64,000 bases of DNA from Methanobacteriota archaeon. GTDB taxonomy: Archaea > Thermoplasmatota > Thermoplasmata > RBG-16-68-12 > JAFNFQ01. Location of the stretch: the NCBI GenBank assembly GCA_017885655.1, contig JAFNFQ010000032.1, forward strand, positions 1,258 through 65,257. The letters are read 5' to 3'. The position numbers and the translations under genes were made by a program. Under the pieces are notes generated by a model. It saw only the letters and a program-made list of their open reading frames with translations, did not search any database and was not told where the DNA came from. Below, piece by piece: positions 39,478 to 49,184 of the stretch. How positions within the stretch are numbered: position 1 is the first letter of the stretch; each line of letters opens with the position of its first letter.

Positions 39478-39726
39478 TCAGGGACTCAGCCCTAGCTGAC
39501 CCTGCCCGGTGTCGTTCCCTTCGTCGCCTTCGCAGCAGTGACAGTGGCCATGGTTGCCGCCGCCACCGTATGTGCCGTTGTTTCCGTAGTGCATTCCGCC
39601 GCCATTCCCCTGGTCACCCATCATCGGGTGGTCGCTCATCATGTGGCCGCCTGACACGGCCACCGCCGTCGTGCCGACGCCCGCCATGGACAGAGCCGAA
39701 AGCAGGGCGATTACCGCAGTGTTCAT
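39478..39726 (-). CDS. small secreted Gly/Met/His/Cys-rich protein (possible metal-binding peptide)
   Basis: Signal peptide MNTAVIALLSALSMAGVG, then GGHMMSDHPMMGDQGNGGGMHYGNNGTYGGGGNHGHCHCCEGDEG. Confidence 0.45.
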   Translation of the reverse strand: MNTAVIALLSALSMAGVGTTAVAVSGGHMMSDHPMMGDQGNGGGMHYGNNGTYGGGGNHGHCHCCEGDEGNDTGQGQLGLSP

Positions 39727-39836
39727 TGTTGTGTCTCCTCGGCCCGCGGAACCCGCAGGCCTCAGGCATCATTATGGCTGAAACAGCATATGTCACTGAC
39801 CTGAAACGACGTGAAATGCATTTCAGAAGGATGAAA

Positions 39837-40418
39837 TCAGGCGGGTTCTGAGGGTTTTGGCGGCATTGTCCTTAGGCGGATCTTGTTCGTCATGCCGTGC
39901 CTTTCGCGGGCCACGATTTCCTTGCTCTCGAGCTTGTCCAGCAGGCGAGTGACCTTCGCCTTGGAGAACGAGCCAGACGCCACGATGTCCTTCTGGAGCA
40001 TCTCTCCGCCCCTTTCGCGGATGAGCGCGTAGAGACGCTTTTCGTCTTCATCCAGCATCTTGAAGAACGCCGCCTCCTGATTGCGGGACACATGCTGAGC
40101 TTCCTGTTCAGGAACTGAAGTGACGGCGTATGAGACTGGGTATGTCGGGGTCATCGTTCCGACGGCTGGAGCCTGATTGACTATGGGGACATCCTGGCGG
40201 GAAGACATCAGGGAGAAGACCACGGCTATCAGGACAACCGCCAACAGCAGGGTTACTGCAAGCCAGCCAAGGTTGAAGCTTCCACCTCCGCCGCCCATCA
40301 TGCCTCCACCCATCATCCCGTTTGACATGAACATCGCGCCGGCGGATCCTACGAGAAGGAGTGCCACGAACACCGCCAGTATCACAAGGATAACGGTCAT
40401 CTCCTGGCTTCTCGCCAT
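39837..40418 (-). CDS. membrane-anchored winged-helix transcription regulator (COG2512-like). Two TM segments separated by a Met/Gly-rich loop, then a cytoplasmic wHTH
   Basis: TM1 VILVILAVFVALLLVG. Loop MFMSNGMMGGGMMGGGGGS. TM2. C-terminal EDEKRLYALIRERGGEMLQKDIVASGSFSKAKVTRLLDKLESKEIVARER. Confidence 0.7.
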   Translation of the reverse strand: MARSQEMTVILVILAVFVALLLVGSAGAMFMSNGMMGGGMMGGGGGSFNLGWLAVTLLLAVVLIAVVFSLMSSRQDVPIVNQAPAVGTMTPTYPVSYAVTSVPEQEAQHVSRNQEAAFFKMLDEDEKRLYALIRERGGEMLQKDIVASGSFSKAKVTRLLDKLESKEIVARERHGMTNKIRLRTMPPKPSEPA

Positions 40419-40500
40419 CTGCTTTCGAGCTCCTGCTGTGCGAATGACCTACTCACCGCCATTGTTTAATGTTTGGCAATTCCTGGCGGGAAAAACCAGT

Positions 40501-41229
40501 CTAGATCAGATCGCCCCGGAAGAATGCAGCTGTCCTTTCGTCATCGAGGCGGCTGACTTCGTCAACCGGTCCACTACCCAGCACCTCGCCCTGATACAGG
40601 AACAGACAGCGCTTCGCGAGCCTCTGCGCCTGGAACGGATTGTGCGAGACCATGACGACCGTGCATCCCGTCTTCTGGCGGTACGCGGCCAGGGCGGACT
40701 CGAGCATCTTGATGTTTGGCGGGTCCAGGTTCGCGGTGAATTCGTCGAGGAACAGCACCTCGGGCTCAATCGCAATCGCGCGGGCGAACGCGACTCTCTG
40801 TGCTTCCCCGCCCGAGAGCGTCAAAGCCTTCCTGCGCTCGAACCCCTGCAGCCCGACATCCCCGAGGGCATTGAGCACGCGATCTCGGATTTCACGCTCT
40901 TGCATCGCCCTCAGCCGCAGACCGTAAGCCACGTTCCCAAAAACCGTGTCCCTGAACATCACAGACCTCTGGAGGAGCATGGTCATCCTCCGCCTCAGCC
41001 GCTGACCATCCTGCAGAACTGGTTCGGGGCCGCCATAAGTCACCTCCCCCTGGTCCGGCTGCTCCAGGAGGTTCAGTATGCGGAGCAGGGTGCTCTTGCC
41101 GCTCCCGCTCGGACCCATTATGGCGAACAGCTCGCCAGCATCGATCTTGAGGCTGATTCCGGAGAGGACCGCCGACCCGCCATAGGATTTCGATATCCCC
41201 GCCGCCTCGACCGCGAGCCCCAAGGTCAA
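40501..41229 (-). CDS. tupC: ABC transporter ATP-binding protein (tungstate/molybdate type)
   Basis: Walker A GPSGSGKST, ABC signature LSGGEAQR and Walker B LFLDE. Located in an operon with tupB and tupA. Confidence 0.7.
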   Translation of the reverse strand: MTLGLAVEAAGISKSYGGSAVLSGISLKIDAGELFAIMGPSGSGKSTLLRILNLLEQPDQGEVTYGGPEPVLQDGQRLRRRMTMLLQRSVMFRDTVFGNVAYGLRLRAMQEREIRDRVLNALGDVGLQGFERRKALTLSGGEAQRVAFARAIAIEPEVLFLDEFTANLDPPNIKMLESALAAYRQKTGCTVVMVSHNPFQAQRLAKRCLFLYQGEVLGSGPVDEVSRLDDERTAAFFRGDLI

Positions 41230-41867
41230 CCCCTCTCCTGGATTTCCCGTATCACAAAGAACACAATGAATGCGATGATCAGCAGGATTCCCGCCAACGC
41301 AAACGAGGTGCCGAAATCGCCCATCTGGGTGTGCTGCATGATTGCCGTCGTGATAACCTGCGTCGACCCTTCGATGTTGCCGCCGACCATCCAGACCGCG
41401 CCGACCTCGCTGATCGCCCTTCCGAAACCGACCATCACCGCCCCGAAAATCCCGAACCTGGCCTCGTGCATCACCCTCATCATGAGCTGCCTGTTGCTCG
41501 CGCCAAGCGTCCTGATGGTGAGACGCACGCTCTCGTCGACGTCAGAGACGGCCGACATGGTGAGTCCGGTCACGAGCGGGAAGATGAGCACCGACTCGGC
41601 GAGCACCATACCTATAGGCGTCCAGAGCCAGTCCAGGAAACCGAGCGGTCCACTGTGCGAAAGCGTCGTGTAGATGACCAGACCGACGACGACTGAAGGG
41701 AGCGCGAAGAGCGTGTAGACGCCTGTCCTCATGAGCCAGCTGCCGCGGAATCTCTTCAAAGCGAGGAATGCGCCAAGCGGCAATCCGACCAGCGAAGTCA
41801 GGACGGTTGCGGTAATCGACACGTAGAGAGAAAGCGCAACGACCTGAGCGATGTCAAGTCCGCCCAA
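41226..41867 (-). CDS. tupB: ABC transporter permease (tungstate type)
   Basis: About 6 TM helices and an EAA-like loop. 4-nt overlap with the ATPase gene. Confidence 0.65.
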   Translation of the reverse strand: MGGLDIAQVVALSLYVSITATVLTSLVGLPLGAFLALKRFRGSWLMRTGVYTLFALPSVVVGLVIYTTLSHSGPLGFLDWLWTPIGMVLAESVLIFPLVTGLTMSAVSDVDESVRLTIRTLGASNRQLMMRVMHEARFGIFGAVMVGFGRAISEVGAVWMVGGNIEGSTQVITTAIMQHTQMGDFGTSFALAGILLIIAFIVFFVIREIQERG

Positions 41868-41886
41868 GTGAGGAATCCTCCATCGA

Positions 41887-42750
41887 TCAGGGCTCCGCGT
41901 TCGGGAAGAAGAGTTGGTGGCCGTTGGCCGTGTATGATGCCATCAGCTCCTGCGTCTCCGGGCTCACAATCCATTCCGCGAACAGCACTGCGTACTTCAC
42001 GTTGACGTTCAGGTTCTTCGCGGGATTGACGGGGATCACGCTGTACTGGTTGAAGAGCGCGGTATCGTTTCGGAAGAGCTCGACGATGCTGAGCATCTGG
42101 ATGAGCGTGAAGTACGTCCCCTCGTCAGTCAGGGTATAGCCCCCCAGTCCGTCAGTCATCATGAGCGTGTCCTCCATACCCTTTCCGACCTTCATGTACC
42201 AGGAGCCGAACTGACTCGTGTTCAATCCCGCCAGGCCCCATATCTGCATCTCTTTCGTGTAGGTCCCAGAGTTGTCCGACCTCGAGAGGAACGTGGAGGA
42301 GTTATCTGCGATTTTCTTGAACGCCACGGTCACGTTCCAGGCACTCCCCACGCCGGCGGGATCGCCCGAGGGGCCGACTATCGCGAACTGGTTGTGCATC
42401 ACTTGCCATTTGAAGATGCCGTACCCCTGGTCCATGAATGGCGCCTCCAGCGAAGGCGCGTGCGAGAGAACGACATCTGCATCCCCCCTCTTTGCGGTCT
42501 CGAGCGCCTGGCCTGACCCGACGGCCACAACATCGACCTTGACGCCGTACTTCGATTTGAAGTCGGGCAGCATGTAGTCCAGAAGCCCGGAGTTCTGCGT
42601 GCTCGTCGTCGTGGCAAGGATCAGCCTCGATTCGGCGGGAGAGAAGGCGCCTGAGATGGCGAGACCCGCCGCCACAAGGACGACCGCGACAACGACAACT
42701 GCCAGCATCAACCACTTCGTCTTGTTCATGGGAGTTGCCAACCCGGGCAT
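41887..42750 (-). CDS. tupA: tungstate ABC transporter substrate-binding protein
   Basis: Signal/TM anchor, then LATTTSTQNSGLLDYMLPDFK...VDVVAVGSGQALE...DADVVLSHAP, which is TupA-like. Confidence 0.65.
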   Translation of the reverse strand: MPGLATPMNKTKWLMLAVVVVAVVLVAAGLAISGAFSPAESRLILATTTSTQNSGLLDYMLPDFKSKYGVKVDVVAVGSGQALETAKRGDADVVLSHAPSLEAPFMDQGYGIFKWQVMHNQFAIVGPSGDPAGVGSAWNVTVAFKKIADNSSTFLSRSDNSGTYTKEMQIWGLAGLNTSQFGSWYMKVGKGMEDTLMMTDGLGGYTLTDEGTYFTLIQMLSIVELFRNDTALFNQYSVIPVNPAKNLNVNVKYAVLFAEWIVSPETQELMASYTANGHQLFFPNAEP

Positions 42751-42858
42751 CGCCGTTCGCTAGATAATCTTGATGACCCGCCGCGAAAGGAGCACTCCCA
42801 CGGCGGCACTTCTCGCAAAACTTAATAGAGGAAGTCAGGATACGAGGCGCGGTGGAAC

Positions 42859-43452
42859 ATGAAGAGCATTGACGCCCTCGTGAAGAAGGCGATGGATTAC
42901 AAAAAGAAAGGCCTGAAGGAGGACGAAATAGCAGACGAGCTGCACCTCTCGAAGGACACGATCATCTGGCTGCTGACCCGCGGCCTGAAGGGCGGCGAGC
43001 CGCCTAAGGACGTCAAGATCGGCTGGCGCTCCATCGGTGTCATGGGCAACAGGATAGCGGCGATGGCTTCCTCCATGACCGACATCATCCTCGAGGAGAC
43101 GGAGAAGAGCGGCAACGAGCCGCAGTGCGTCGCCGGCATTGCGATCAACGGCATACCTTATGCCACATGCATATCCGAGGAGCTGGGGGGCGAGCTGGCG
43201 ATATACAGGCCCCCGAGCGAGAGAGGGAAGGCGGGCGGTCATTTCTCCAGCAACTACGCCGCGGTTCAAAATAAAAAAGTGATCTTCGTTGATGACGTCG
43301 TGAGCACCGGTGAAACGATGAAGGGCGCGATAGCGGACGCGCGAGCTTCCGGCGGCACTCCGATCCTCGCGGTCGTCTTGGTGAACAAGACGGGACAGGA
43401 CGAACTGGACGGCGTCCCCCTGCGAGCGCTCATCCGCGCCAGGTCAATCTAG
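42859..43452 (+). CDS. orotate phosphoribosyltransferase-like regulator (GfcR family: N-terminal HTH + PRTase domain)
   Basis: N-terminal HTH (EDEIADELHLSKDTIIWL) and a PRPP-binding motif VIFVDDVVSTGETM. Confidence 0.65.
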   Translation: MKSIDALVKKAMDYKKKGLKEDEIADELHLSKDTIIWLLTRGLKGGEPPKDVKIGWRSIGVMGNRIAAMASSMTDIILEETEKSGNEPQCVAGIAINGIPYATCISEELGGELAIYRPPSERGKAGGHFSSNYAAVQNKKVIFVDDVVSTGETMKGAIADARASGGTPILAVVLVNKTGQDELDGVPLRALIRARSI

Positions 43453-45062
43453 TGGTGCAGATGCACTGGTTCGACGAGCTCCTCGGGAAGGCGGAGGAGT
43501 TCCTTCATGGGCGTGAGAGAGTCCTCTGCAACGCGGGTCTGAGCGTCTCCGGTCTGCAGCATGTAGGTCGTCTCAGAGGCGAAATCGCGCTCAACCATGC
43601 GATAGTCAGAGCATTGAGATTGAAAGGAAAGAAGGCCTCTCAGAACCTTGTACTATACACCCAAGACCAATGGAAGGGCAAGGAGGGCCAGCTGAGCAGG
43701 TTCAAGGCCGGAGAAGGGAACGAATACGTCGGCCAGAAGTTGATAGATGTCCCGGATCCTGAGGGCTGCCACAAGAACTGGGTGGAGCACTACTGGATCG
43801 ACTTCGGGGACTATCTGGACAGGTTCGCCCCCGGGATAAGCGTGATCAGCACGACGGAAGTCTACTCCCGCCAAGACATGAAGGACCTCGTCATCGAGCT
43901 CGTGGGTAAGAAGGAGGCCGTGCGGGAGGTGGTGAATAAATACCGCAGCAGGAAGCCCTACCCGCCGGACTGGATTCCATTCGAGGCCTATTGCGAGAAG
44001 TGCCAGCGCGTCGGCAGCGCCAAGACGCTGGAGCTCCTTCCCGATTACAGGGTGCGTTACGAGTGCGAATGCGGCAACTCCGGGGATTCCCCCATCGAGA
44101 AGGGGAAGCTGAACTGGCGGCTCGAATGGCCGGCCCTGTGGAAGGTCCTGAAGGTCGATGTCGAGCCTTTCGGGAAGGACCACGCCGCTCCTGGCGGGTC
44201 AAGGGACAGCTGCAAGGAAATCGCGCAGAAGATCATGGGGATGGAGGCGCCGTTCCCGATCCCTTACGAGTGGGTCGGGCTGGGGCGGGGAGGGAAGGAC
44301 CTCGGGGACATGGGCTCGTCAGACTTCATCGGTTTCACTCCGAAACAATGGCTGGAAATCGGCGACCCGGAGGTCATCCGCTACATCTACTTCGTCAATC
44401 CAATCTCGAGGCGGGTGATCCTCGACATGAGCAAGGTGGACTCATATCACGATCTCTACGATTCCGCAGAGAGGGCGTATCATTCCGCGAAGAGGAACGA
44501 GGAAGAGGAGGTCGCGGCTCGGAGCTTCGAACTCGCGCTCGTCGAGAAGACGATGGAGGAGATGCCGTTCCAGCTCTCATACCGCCACGCGGCATACCTG
44601 TCGCAGATCTCACCGGCAGAGCACAAGGTGAGCTGGTGCATCCAGCGACTGAGGGACACCGGCATGCTTTCCCTGCCTTTGACGCCGTTCGAGGAGGGCA
44701 GGATAGAGAGAAGGCTGATGCACGCGATGAAATGGGTGGAGCTCTATTCACCCGAGAACAAGGTCACGCTTCTGCAGGAGTTGACAAAGGAAGTGGGGGA
44801 GCAGCTCGACGATATGGACAGGGGAGCGCTTTCGATGTACCTCAGGGCGGCTACGCCGACCGAATGGCGGGAGGATGCGATAAAGGAGTCCATGGTCGCG
44901 CTCACAAAGAGCGGGAAATTGCCGGTCGAGACTCCTCGCTTCTTCAGAGATCTGTATCTGGTGCTCCTCGGACAGGAGAGGGGCCCGCGCGCTGCACCTT
45001 TCCTGGCGGTGCTGAAGAAGGAATGGGTCCTGGAGAGGCTGAAGGAATCAGCAAAAGCCTAG
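43452..45062 (+). CDS. lysK: lysyl-tRNA synthetase, class I (archaeal type)
   Basis: VPDPEGCH, GKDHAAPGGS, KMSKS-equivalent GDMGSSD and C-terminal LYLVLLGQERGPRAAPFLAVL all align with Pyrococcus class I LysRS. Confidence 0.75.
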   Translation: MVQMHWFDELLGKAEEFLHGRERVLCNAGLSVSGLQHVGRLRGEIALNHAIVRALRLKGKKASQNLVLYTQDQWKGKEGQLSRFKAGEGNEYVGQKLIDVPDPEGCHKNWVEHYWIDFGDYLDRFAPGISVISTTEVYSRQDMKDLVIELVGKKEAVREVVNKYRSRKPYPPDWIPFEAYCEKCQRVGSAKTLELLPDYRVRYECECGNSGDSPIEKGKLNWRLEWPALWKVLKVDVEPFGKDHAAPGGSRDSCKEIAQKIMGMEAPFPIPYEWVGLGRGGKDLGDMGSSDFIGFTPKQWLEIGDPEVIRYIYFVNPISRRVILDMSKVDSYHDLYDSAERAYHSAKRNEEEEVAARSFELALVEKTMEEMPFQLSYRHAAYLSQISPAEHKVSWCIQRLRDTGMLSLPLTPFEEGRIERRLMHAMKWVELYSPENKVTLLQELTKEVGEQLDDMDRGALSMYLRAATPTEWREDAIKESMVALTKSGKLPVETPRFFRDLYLVLLGQERGPRAAPFLAVLKKEWVLERLKESAKA

Positions 45063-45141
45063 ATCGCCTTGGTGAGCTCGCGCCCCGCCGGAATATCATG
45101 GAAAAGCGCAAATAACGCGTGTGATGTCCTTCCGAGACGAT

Positions 45142-45247
45142 AGCCCCGTGGGGTAGCGAGTCCGATGGGCTTCGCGCCCTCGGACCTACAAGCCAGGCCT
45201 TCGAGGTTCTGGGCCTCGCGACGGCAGTTCGAATCTGCCCGGGGCCA
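45142..45247 (+). tRNA. tRNA gene with a probable ~33-nt intron at a non-canonical (D-loop) position. The anticodon stem-loop CGAGG-TTCTGGG-CCTCG suggests Gln(CUG)
   Basis: Acceptor AGCCCCG/CGGGGCC (6/7 pairs; A1 opposite C72). T-arm GGCAG-TTCGAAT-CTGCC. Length is 106 nt against a normal ~73. The isotype is uncertain. Confidence 0.5.
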
Positions 45248-45346
45248 TACTTCCCCTCCATCATGTTTTCAGGATTTCAGCTCATGGTCGAGGTCGCCAT
45301 TCAAAGGAATGTGGCAGAAGGGAAACGCTTAAGGCTAGTGTAACAC

Positions 45347-45598
45347 ATGTACTACTTGAGTGAAGAAATGGACACGACAATCCGCGAACTCGACGACGAC
45401 CTCTACCGGCAGGCCAAGGCCAAGGCGGCCCTCATGGGGATCTCCATCGGACGCGCGATGAACGAGGCCCTGCGGAAGTGGATTTCAGAAGGCAGCGGAC
45501 CTAAGAAGGGGAGCATCCTCGATCTGAAACCGGTGAGATTCGGGAAGGGAAGCGAGCATCTCAGCGAGGAGATCGACAAGGTCCTGTATGGGGAGTGA
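45347..45598 (+). CDS. vapB: antitoxin VapB (ribbon-helix-helix/CopG-like)
   Basis: An 83-aa protein whose stop overlaps the start of the PIN-domain gene. Confidence 0.65.
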   Translation: MYYLSEEMDTTIRELDDDLYRQAKAKAALMGISIGRAMNEALRKWISEGSGPKKGSILDLKPVRFGKGSEHLSEEIDKVLYGE

Positions 45599-46005
45599 AA
45601 ATGCTACTGTTGGACGCTAGCGTGATAGTCGCTTTCAGGAATGCCGACGATGTGAACCACGAGAGGAGCGTGCGGGTGTTCGAGGACCTGGCGAATGGCA
45701 AGTATGCGAACGGCCTCGTTAGCGAATATGTGCTTCTTGAGACTGTGACAGTATTGAAGAGGAAGTGTGGGCCGACGATCGCAATCGAAACCGGCGAGGC
45801 GCTTCTCGACTCGAAGGAAATCAAAGTCCTCCCATCTGGAGACCTGTTCGATGCCTCCTGGAAGGAATTCGTGAACCTTTCGAAGACGAAGCTGAGCTTC
45901 GTCGATGCCTCCAATCTCGTTGCCATGCGGATGTACGGGACTCGGGAGATAGCGACATTCGACCAAGAATACCGCAAAATCAGGGGCATAGAAGTCGTAG
46001 GATAG
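45595..46005 (+). CDS. vapC: PIN-domain toxin VapC
   Basis: N-terminal LLDASVIVAF, a PIN acidic motif. 136 aa with a conserved Asp pattern. Confidence 0.7.
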   Translation: MKMLLLDASVIVAFRNADDVNHERSVRVFEDLANGKYANGLVSEYVLLETVTVLKRKCGPTIAIETGEALLDSKEIKVLPSGDLFDASWKEFVNLSKTKLSFVDASNLVAMRMYGTREIATFDQEYRKIRGIEVVG

Positions 46006-46121
46006 ACTGCGCAACCCCGCGTCGAGGTAGGATGGCGCCTCATTTCCGAGCTTTTTCTGGGCATCCTTTTGTCAGGTGCCTGTCGAAAATGCTTATACGG
46101 AGACGCGGCTTGACGGAACGT

Positions 46122-46192
46122 AGCCCCGTGGTGTAATGGCAGCATAAGAGGCTCTGGACCTCTTGGCATCGGTTCGAATCCGGTCGGGGCTG
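46122..46192 (+). tRNA. tRNA-Gln (anticodon CUG)
   Basis: Acceptor AGCCCCG/CGGGGCT. D-stem GTGT/GCAT. Anticodon stem AGAGG/CCTCT with loop CTCTGGA. T-arm ATCGG-TTCGAAT-CCGGT. Discriminator G, no CCA. Confidence 0.8.
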
Positions 46193-46221
46193 CATCTCCA
46201 TTGAAGACTTGGTGAAAGAAG

Positions 46222-47907
46222 GTGGAATCCAAGGAAGCGCCTCGCGACTTCATCAGGAAGATCATCGACGAGGACAACAAGAGCGGGCGGTTCGGCGGCA
46301 GAGTGCACACACGCTTCCCGCCGGAGCCCAACGGCTTCCTCCACATCGGCCACGCCAAGTCCATCTGCCTTAACTTCGGGATCGCAAAGGAGTACGGCGG
46401 CCTCTGCAACCTGCGCTTCGATGACACGAACCCATTGAAGGAGGAGCAGGACTACGTCCGCGCGATTGAGGAGGATGTCAAGTGGCTCGGGTTCGACTGG
46501 GAGGACAGATTGTTCTTCGCATCGGACTATTTCGGGAAGATGTATGAGCATGCCGTCCAGCTCGTGAAGGCCGGGAAGGCCTATGTGGATGACCTGACGG
46601 CTGACGAGATCCGCGACTACAGGGGGACTCTGACTACGCCCGGGCGGGATAGCCCCTTCCGGAACCGTTCGGCAGATGAGAATCTGAACCTGCTCGAGCG
46701 CATGCGGGCGGGCGAATTCGCGGACGGAGCGAAGGTGCTCCGAGCGAAGATCGACATGGCGCATCCCAACCTGAACATGCGCGACCCCGTGATGTACCGC
46801 ATACTCCACGCCAAGCACCACAACACCGGGGACAAGTGGTGCATCTACCCCATGTATGATTGGGCCCATGGATTGGAGGATTCGATAGAGGGGATCACGC
46901 ATTCCATATGCACACTGGAGTTCGAGGACCATCGCCCTCTGTACGACTGGTATCTTGACGCGCTCGGGGTCTACCACCCGCAGCAGATAGAGTTCGCTCG
47001 CCTTGCCCTCACGTATACTGTCATGAGCAAGAGGTTCCTCCTGCAGCTCATCGAGAAGGGCTATGTCCGCGGGTGGGACGATCCACGCCTGCCGACATTG
47101 CGCGGGCTGAGGCGGCGAGGCTACCCGCCTACGGCAATCCGCACCTTATGCGAGCGCATCGGCGTCGCGAAGGTGAACAGCACGGTTGACATCGAGTTCC
47201 TGGAGCACTGTGTGAGGGAGGATCTCAACAAGACGGCCCCACGGTTCAGTGGCGTCCTCCGACCCCTCCGTATCGTCATCGAGAACTACCCAGAGGACAA
47301 GATGGAGGAGTTCGAAGCTGTGAACAATCCGGAGGACCCCGCCGCCGGGAAGAGGAAAGTGCCTTTCTCCCGCGTCCTATACATCGAGCAAGAGGATTTC
47401 ATGGAGAACCCTCCACCAAAGTACTACAGGCTCGCCCCGGGAAGAGAGGTCCGTTTGCGCTACGCGTATCTCATCACCTGCAAAGAAGCGGTCAAGGAGA
47501 ACGGGAACCTCGTGGAGCTCAGGTGCACGGTGGATCCGGATACGCGCGGAGGGAACGCGCCGGAAGGACGGAAGGTGAAATCCACGCTGCACTGGGTGTC
47601 AGCTGCCCACGCTGTCGACGCAGAAGTCCGTCTGTACGACAAGCTGTTCACAGTCCCGGACCCCCTCGCTCAGGAAGGCATGGATTTCAAGGACCTCATC
47701 AACCCGAAATCGAAGGAGGTCATCACAGCCTGCAAGGCCGAGCCAGCCGTGCGGGGCCTCAAGCCATACGACCGGTTCCAGTTCGAGCGGATAGGATATT
47801 TCTGCGTGGACCCGGACACGACCAACGACCACCTCGTGCTGAACAGGACCGCGACCCTCCGCGACCAATGGGCCGCCATTCAGGAGCGTGGCCAATCAGG
47901 AAAATAG
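46222..47907 (+). CDS. glnS: glutaminyl-tRNA synthetase (bacterial/eukaryotic-type class I GlnRS)
   Basis: The N-terminus [63 protein letters not shown] is near-identical to the E. coli GlnS signature. 561 aa, full length. Confidence 0.9.
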   Translation: MESKEAPRDFIRKIIDEDNKSGRFGGRVHTRFPPEPNGFLHIGHAKSICLNFGIAKEYGGLCNLRFDDTNPLKEEQDYVRAIEEDVKWLGFDWEDRLFFASDYFGKMYEHAVQLVKAGKAYVDDLTADEIRDYRGTLTTPGRDSPFRNRSADENLNLLERMRAGEFADGAKVLRAKIDMAHPNLNMRDPVMYRILHAKHHNTGDKWCIYPMYDWAHGLEDSIEGITHSICTLEFEDHRPLYDWYLDALGVYHPQQIEFARLALTYTVMSKRFLLQLIEKGYVRGWDDPRLPTLRGLRRRGYPPTAIRTLCERIGVAKVNSTVDIEFLEHCVREDLNKTAPRFSGVLRPLRIVIENYPEDKMEEFEAVNNPEDPAAGKRKVPFSRVLYIEQEDFMENPPPKYYRLAPGREVRLRYAYLITCKEAVKENGNLVELRCTVDPDTRGGNAPEGRKVKSTLHWVSAAHAVDAEVRLYDKLFTVPDPLAQEGMDFKDLINPKSKEVITACKAEPAVRGLKPYDRFQFERIGYFCVDPDTTNDHLVLNRTATLRDQWAAIQERGQSGK

Positions 47908-48033
47908 AGAAACCGACGCCATCTTCGCTTGCCTGGGCCCATGGAGATGTGGTCACTTCTTTCCGCCAATTCGAACCAGGGCAGATAGCCTATCAATAAA
48001 TACCTCATCCGCTTTCGGTGCGCCGGGGATAGA

Positions 48034-48462
48034 ATGGTCCGAGAGGTTGACTATAAACCGAAGCCCATAGACGCCGAATTCCTGAACAAGCCCGGTGACT
48101 ACCCTGTGACAGGCAAGCACGTCGAGCACGAGATCAGGGGAGAGGGCAAGCAGCGCATGGACGCTGAGAACAAGCCCTACCCGACCAAGCTCGGCATCCA
48201 CGGCCATCATGTGGCTGTCGATTTCGAGACATGCGTCGCCGACGGAGCATGCCAAGACGTATGCCCAGTCGATGTCTTCGAGTGGCTGCTGAACTCGGGG
48301 AACAAGGGGACAGGCAATGACAAGGTCCTGGAGAAGGGCTCGCCGGACTGGCAGAAGTACAGGACCGACAAGGCCGATCCCGTCCGAGAGGGCGACTGCA
48401 TCGACTGCATGGCGTGCGAGACGGCCTGCCCTGTGCTGGCGATAAAGATTACGCCTGGCTAA
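48034..48462 (+). CDS. 4Fe-4S dicluster ferredoxin-domain protein
   Basis: Two cluster motifs, CVADGACQDVCP and CIDCMACETACP. Confidence 0.7.
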   Translation: MVREVDYKPKPIDAEFLNKPGDYPVTGKHVEHEIRGEGKQRMDAENKPYPTKLGIHGHHVAVDFETCVADGACQDVCPVDVFEWLLNSGNKGTGNDKVLEKGSPDWQKYRTDKADPVREGDCIDCMACETACPVLAIKITPG

Positions 48463-48718
48463 GCAGGAATCGGGGTCCTCTGGGCGCAGGACTCCTTCGC
48501 CGCGAATCAGCTGTGGCAAGTGTGACCGGGAAAGCTCCCTCGATCACGTGCACTGGACAACGGCCGCCCTTCCCCTCAAATCGTTATCGCGGCTGATATC
48601 CGCGCCGAAACCGGCTTGAAGCCTGGCTTGACCTTTGGCTGGCAATGGTGTTCGTTTTAACAGTTGGGGGAATCGTGGCATTTGGACGTCTCGCTGAACG
48701 ACAGGGTGGTGGCCCCCC

Positions 48719-49165
48719 TTGATGCCCGTGAACGAGCGAGGGGTGAACAAGGTGCTTGGCTGCAGCTTGTTCCGGACTGGAGACGAGGAGCCGATGACAG
48801 TCGTGTCCGAGATACTCAGACGGAGCGGCGTGAAGGTCGGGAAGGTCGATAAGAAGATCAAACAAATCACGGGGAGAATCGGGTCGTTCCTCGACCCATA
48901 CGCGTGCAAGGTTACCGCCCATATCTACAATCAGAAATCGATGAGCTTCGTCGAACTTGTCTGCGGGGGGACATGGGGCAGACCGGGGGAAAAGGTTCTG
49001 TCCACCTACATCAAGATCCTCTGTCACAACTTCGATGACCTTTCGCTCGACAACATCGAAAGGTCGATTGACTGGGAGCGGAGCGATTTGAAGGGATTGG
49101 AATCTCGCAGGGCTCGCACACAAGCCGTTGCGCTCATCAAGAACATCGAGGCGGAAATGAGGTAG
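48719..49165 (+). CDS. hypothetical protein immediately upstream of the small GTPase (possible GTPase partner)
   Basis: A 148-aa ORF co-directional with and 19 nt upstream of the GTPase gene. No confident family. Confidence 0.4.
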   Translation: MMPVNERGVNKVLGCSLFRTGDEEPMTVVSEILRRSGVKVGKVDKKIKQITGRIGSFLDPYACKVTAHIYNQKSMSFVELVCGGTWGRPGEKVLSTYIKILCHNFDDLSLDNIERSIDWERSDLKGLESRRARTQAVALIKNIEAEMR

Positions 49166-49184
49166 AAAGGGGGCCTGCATACCC

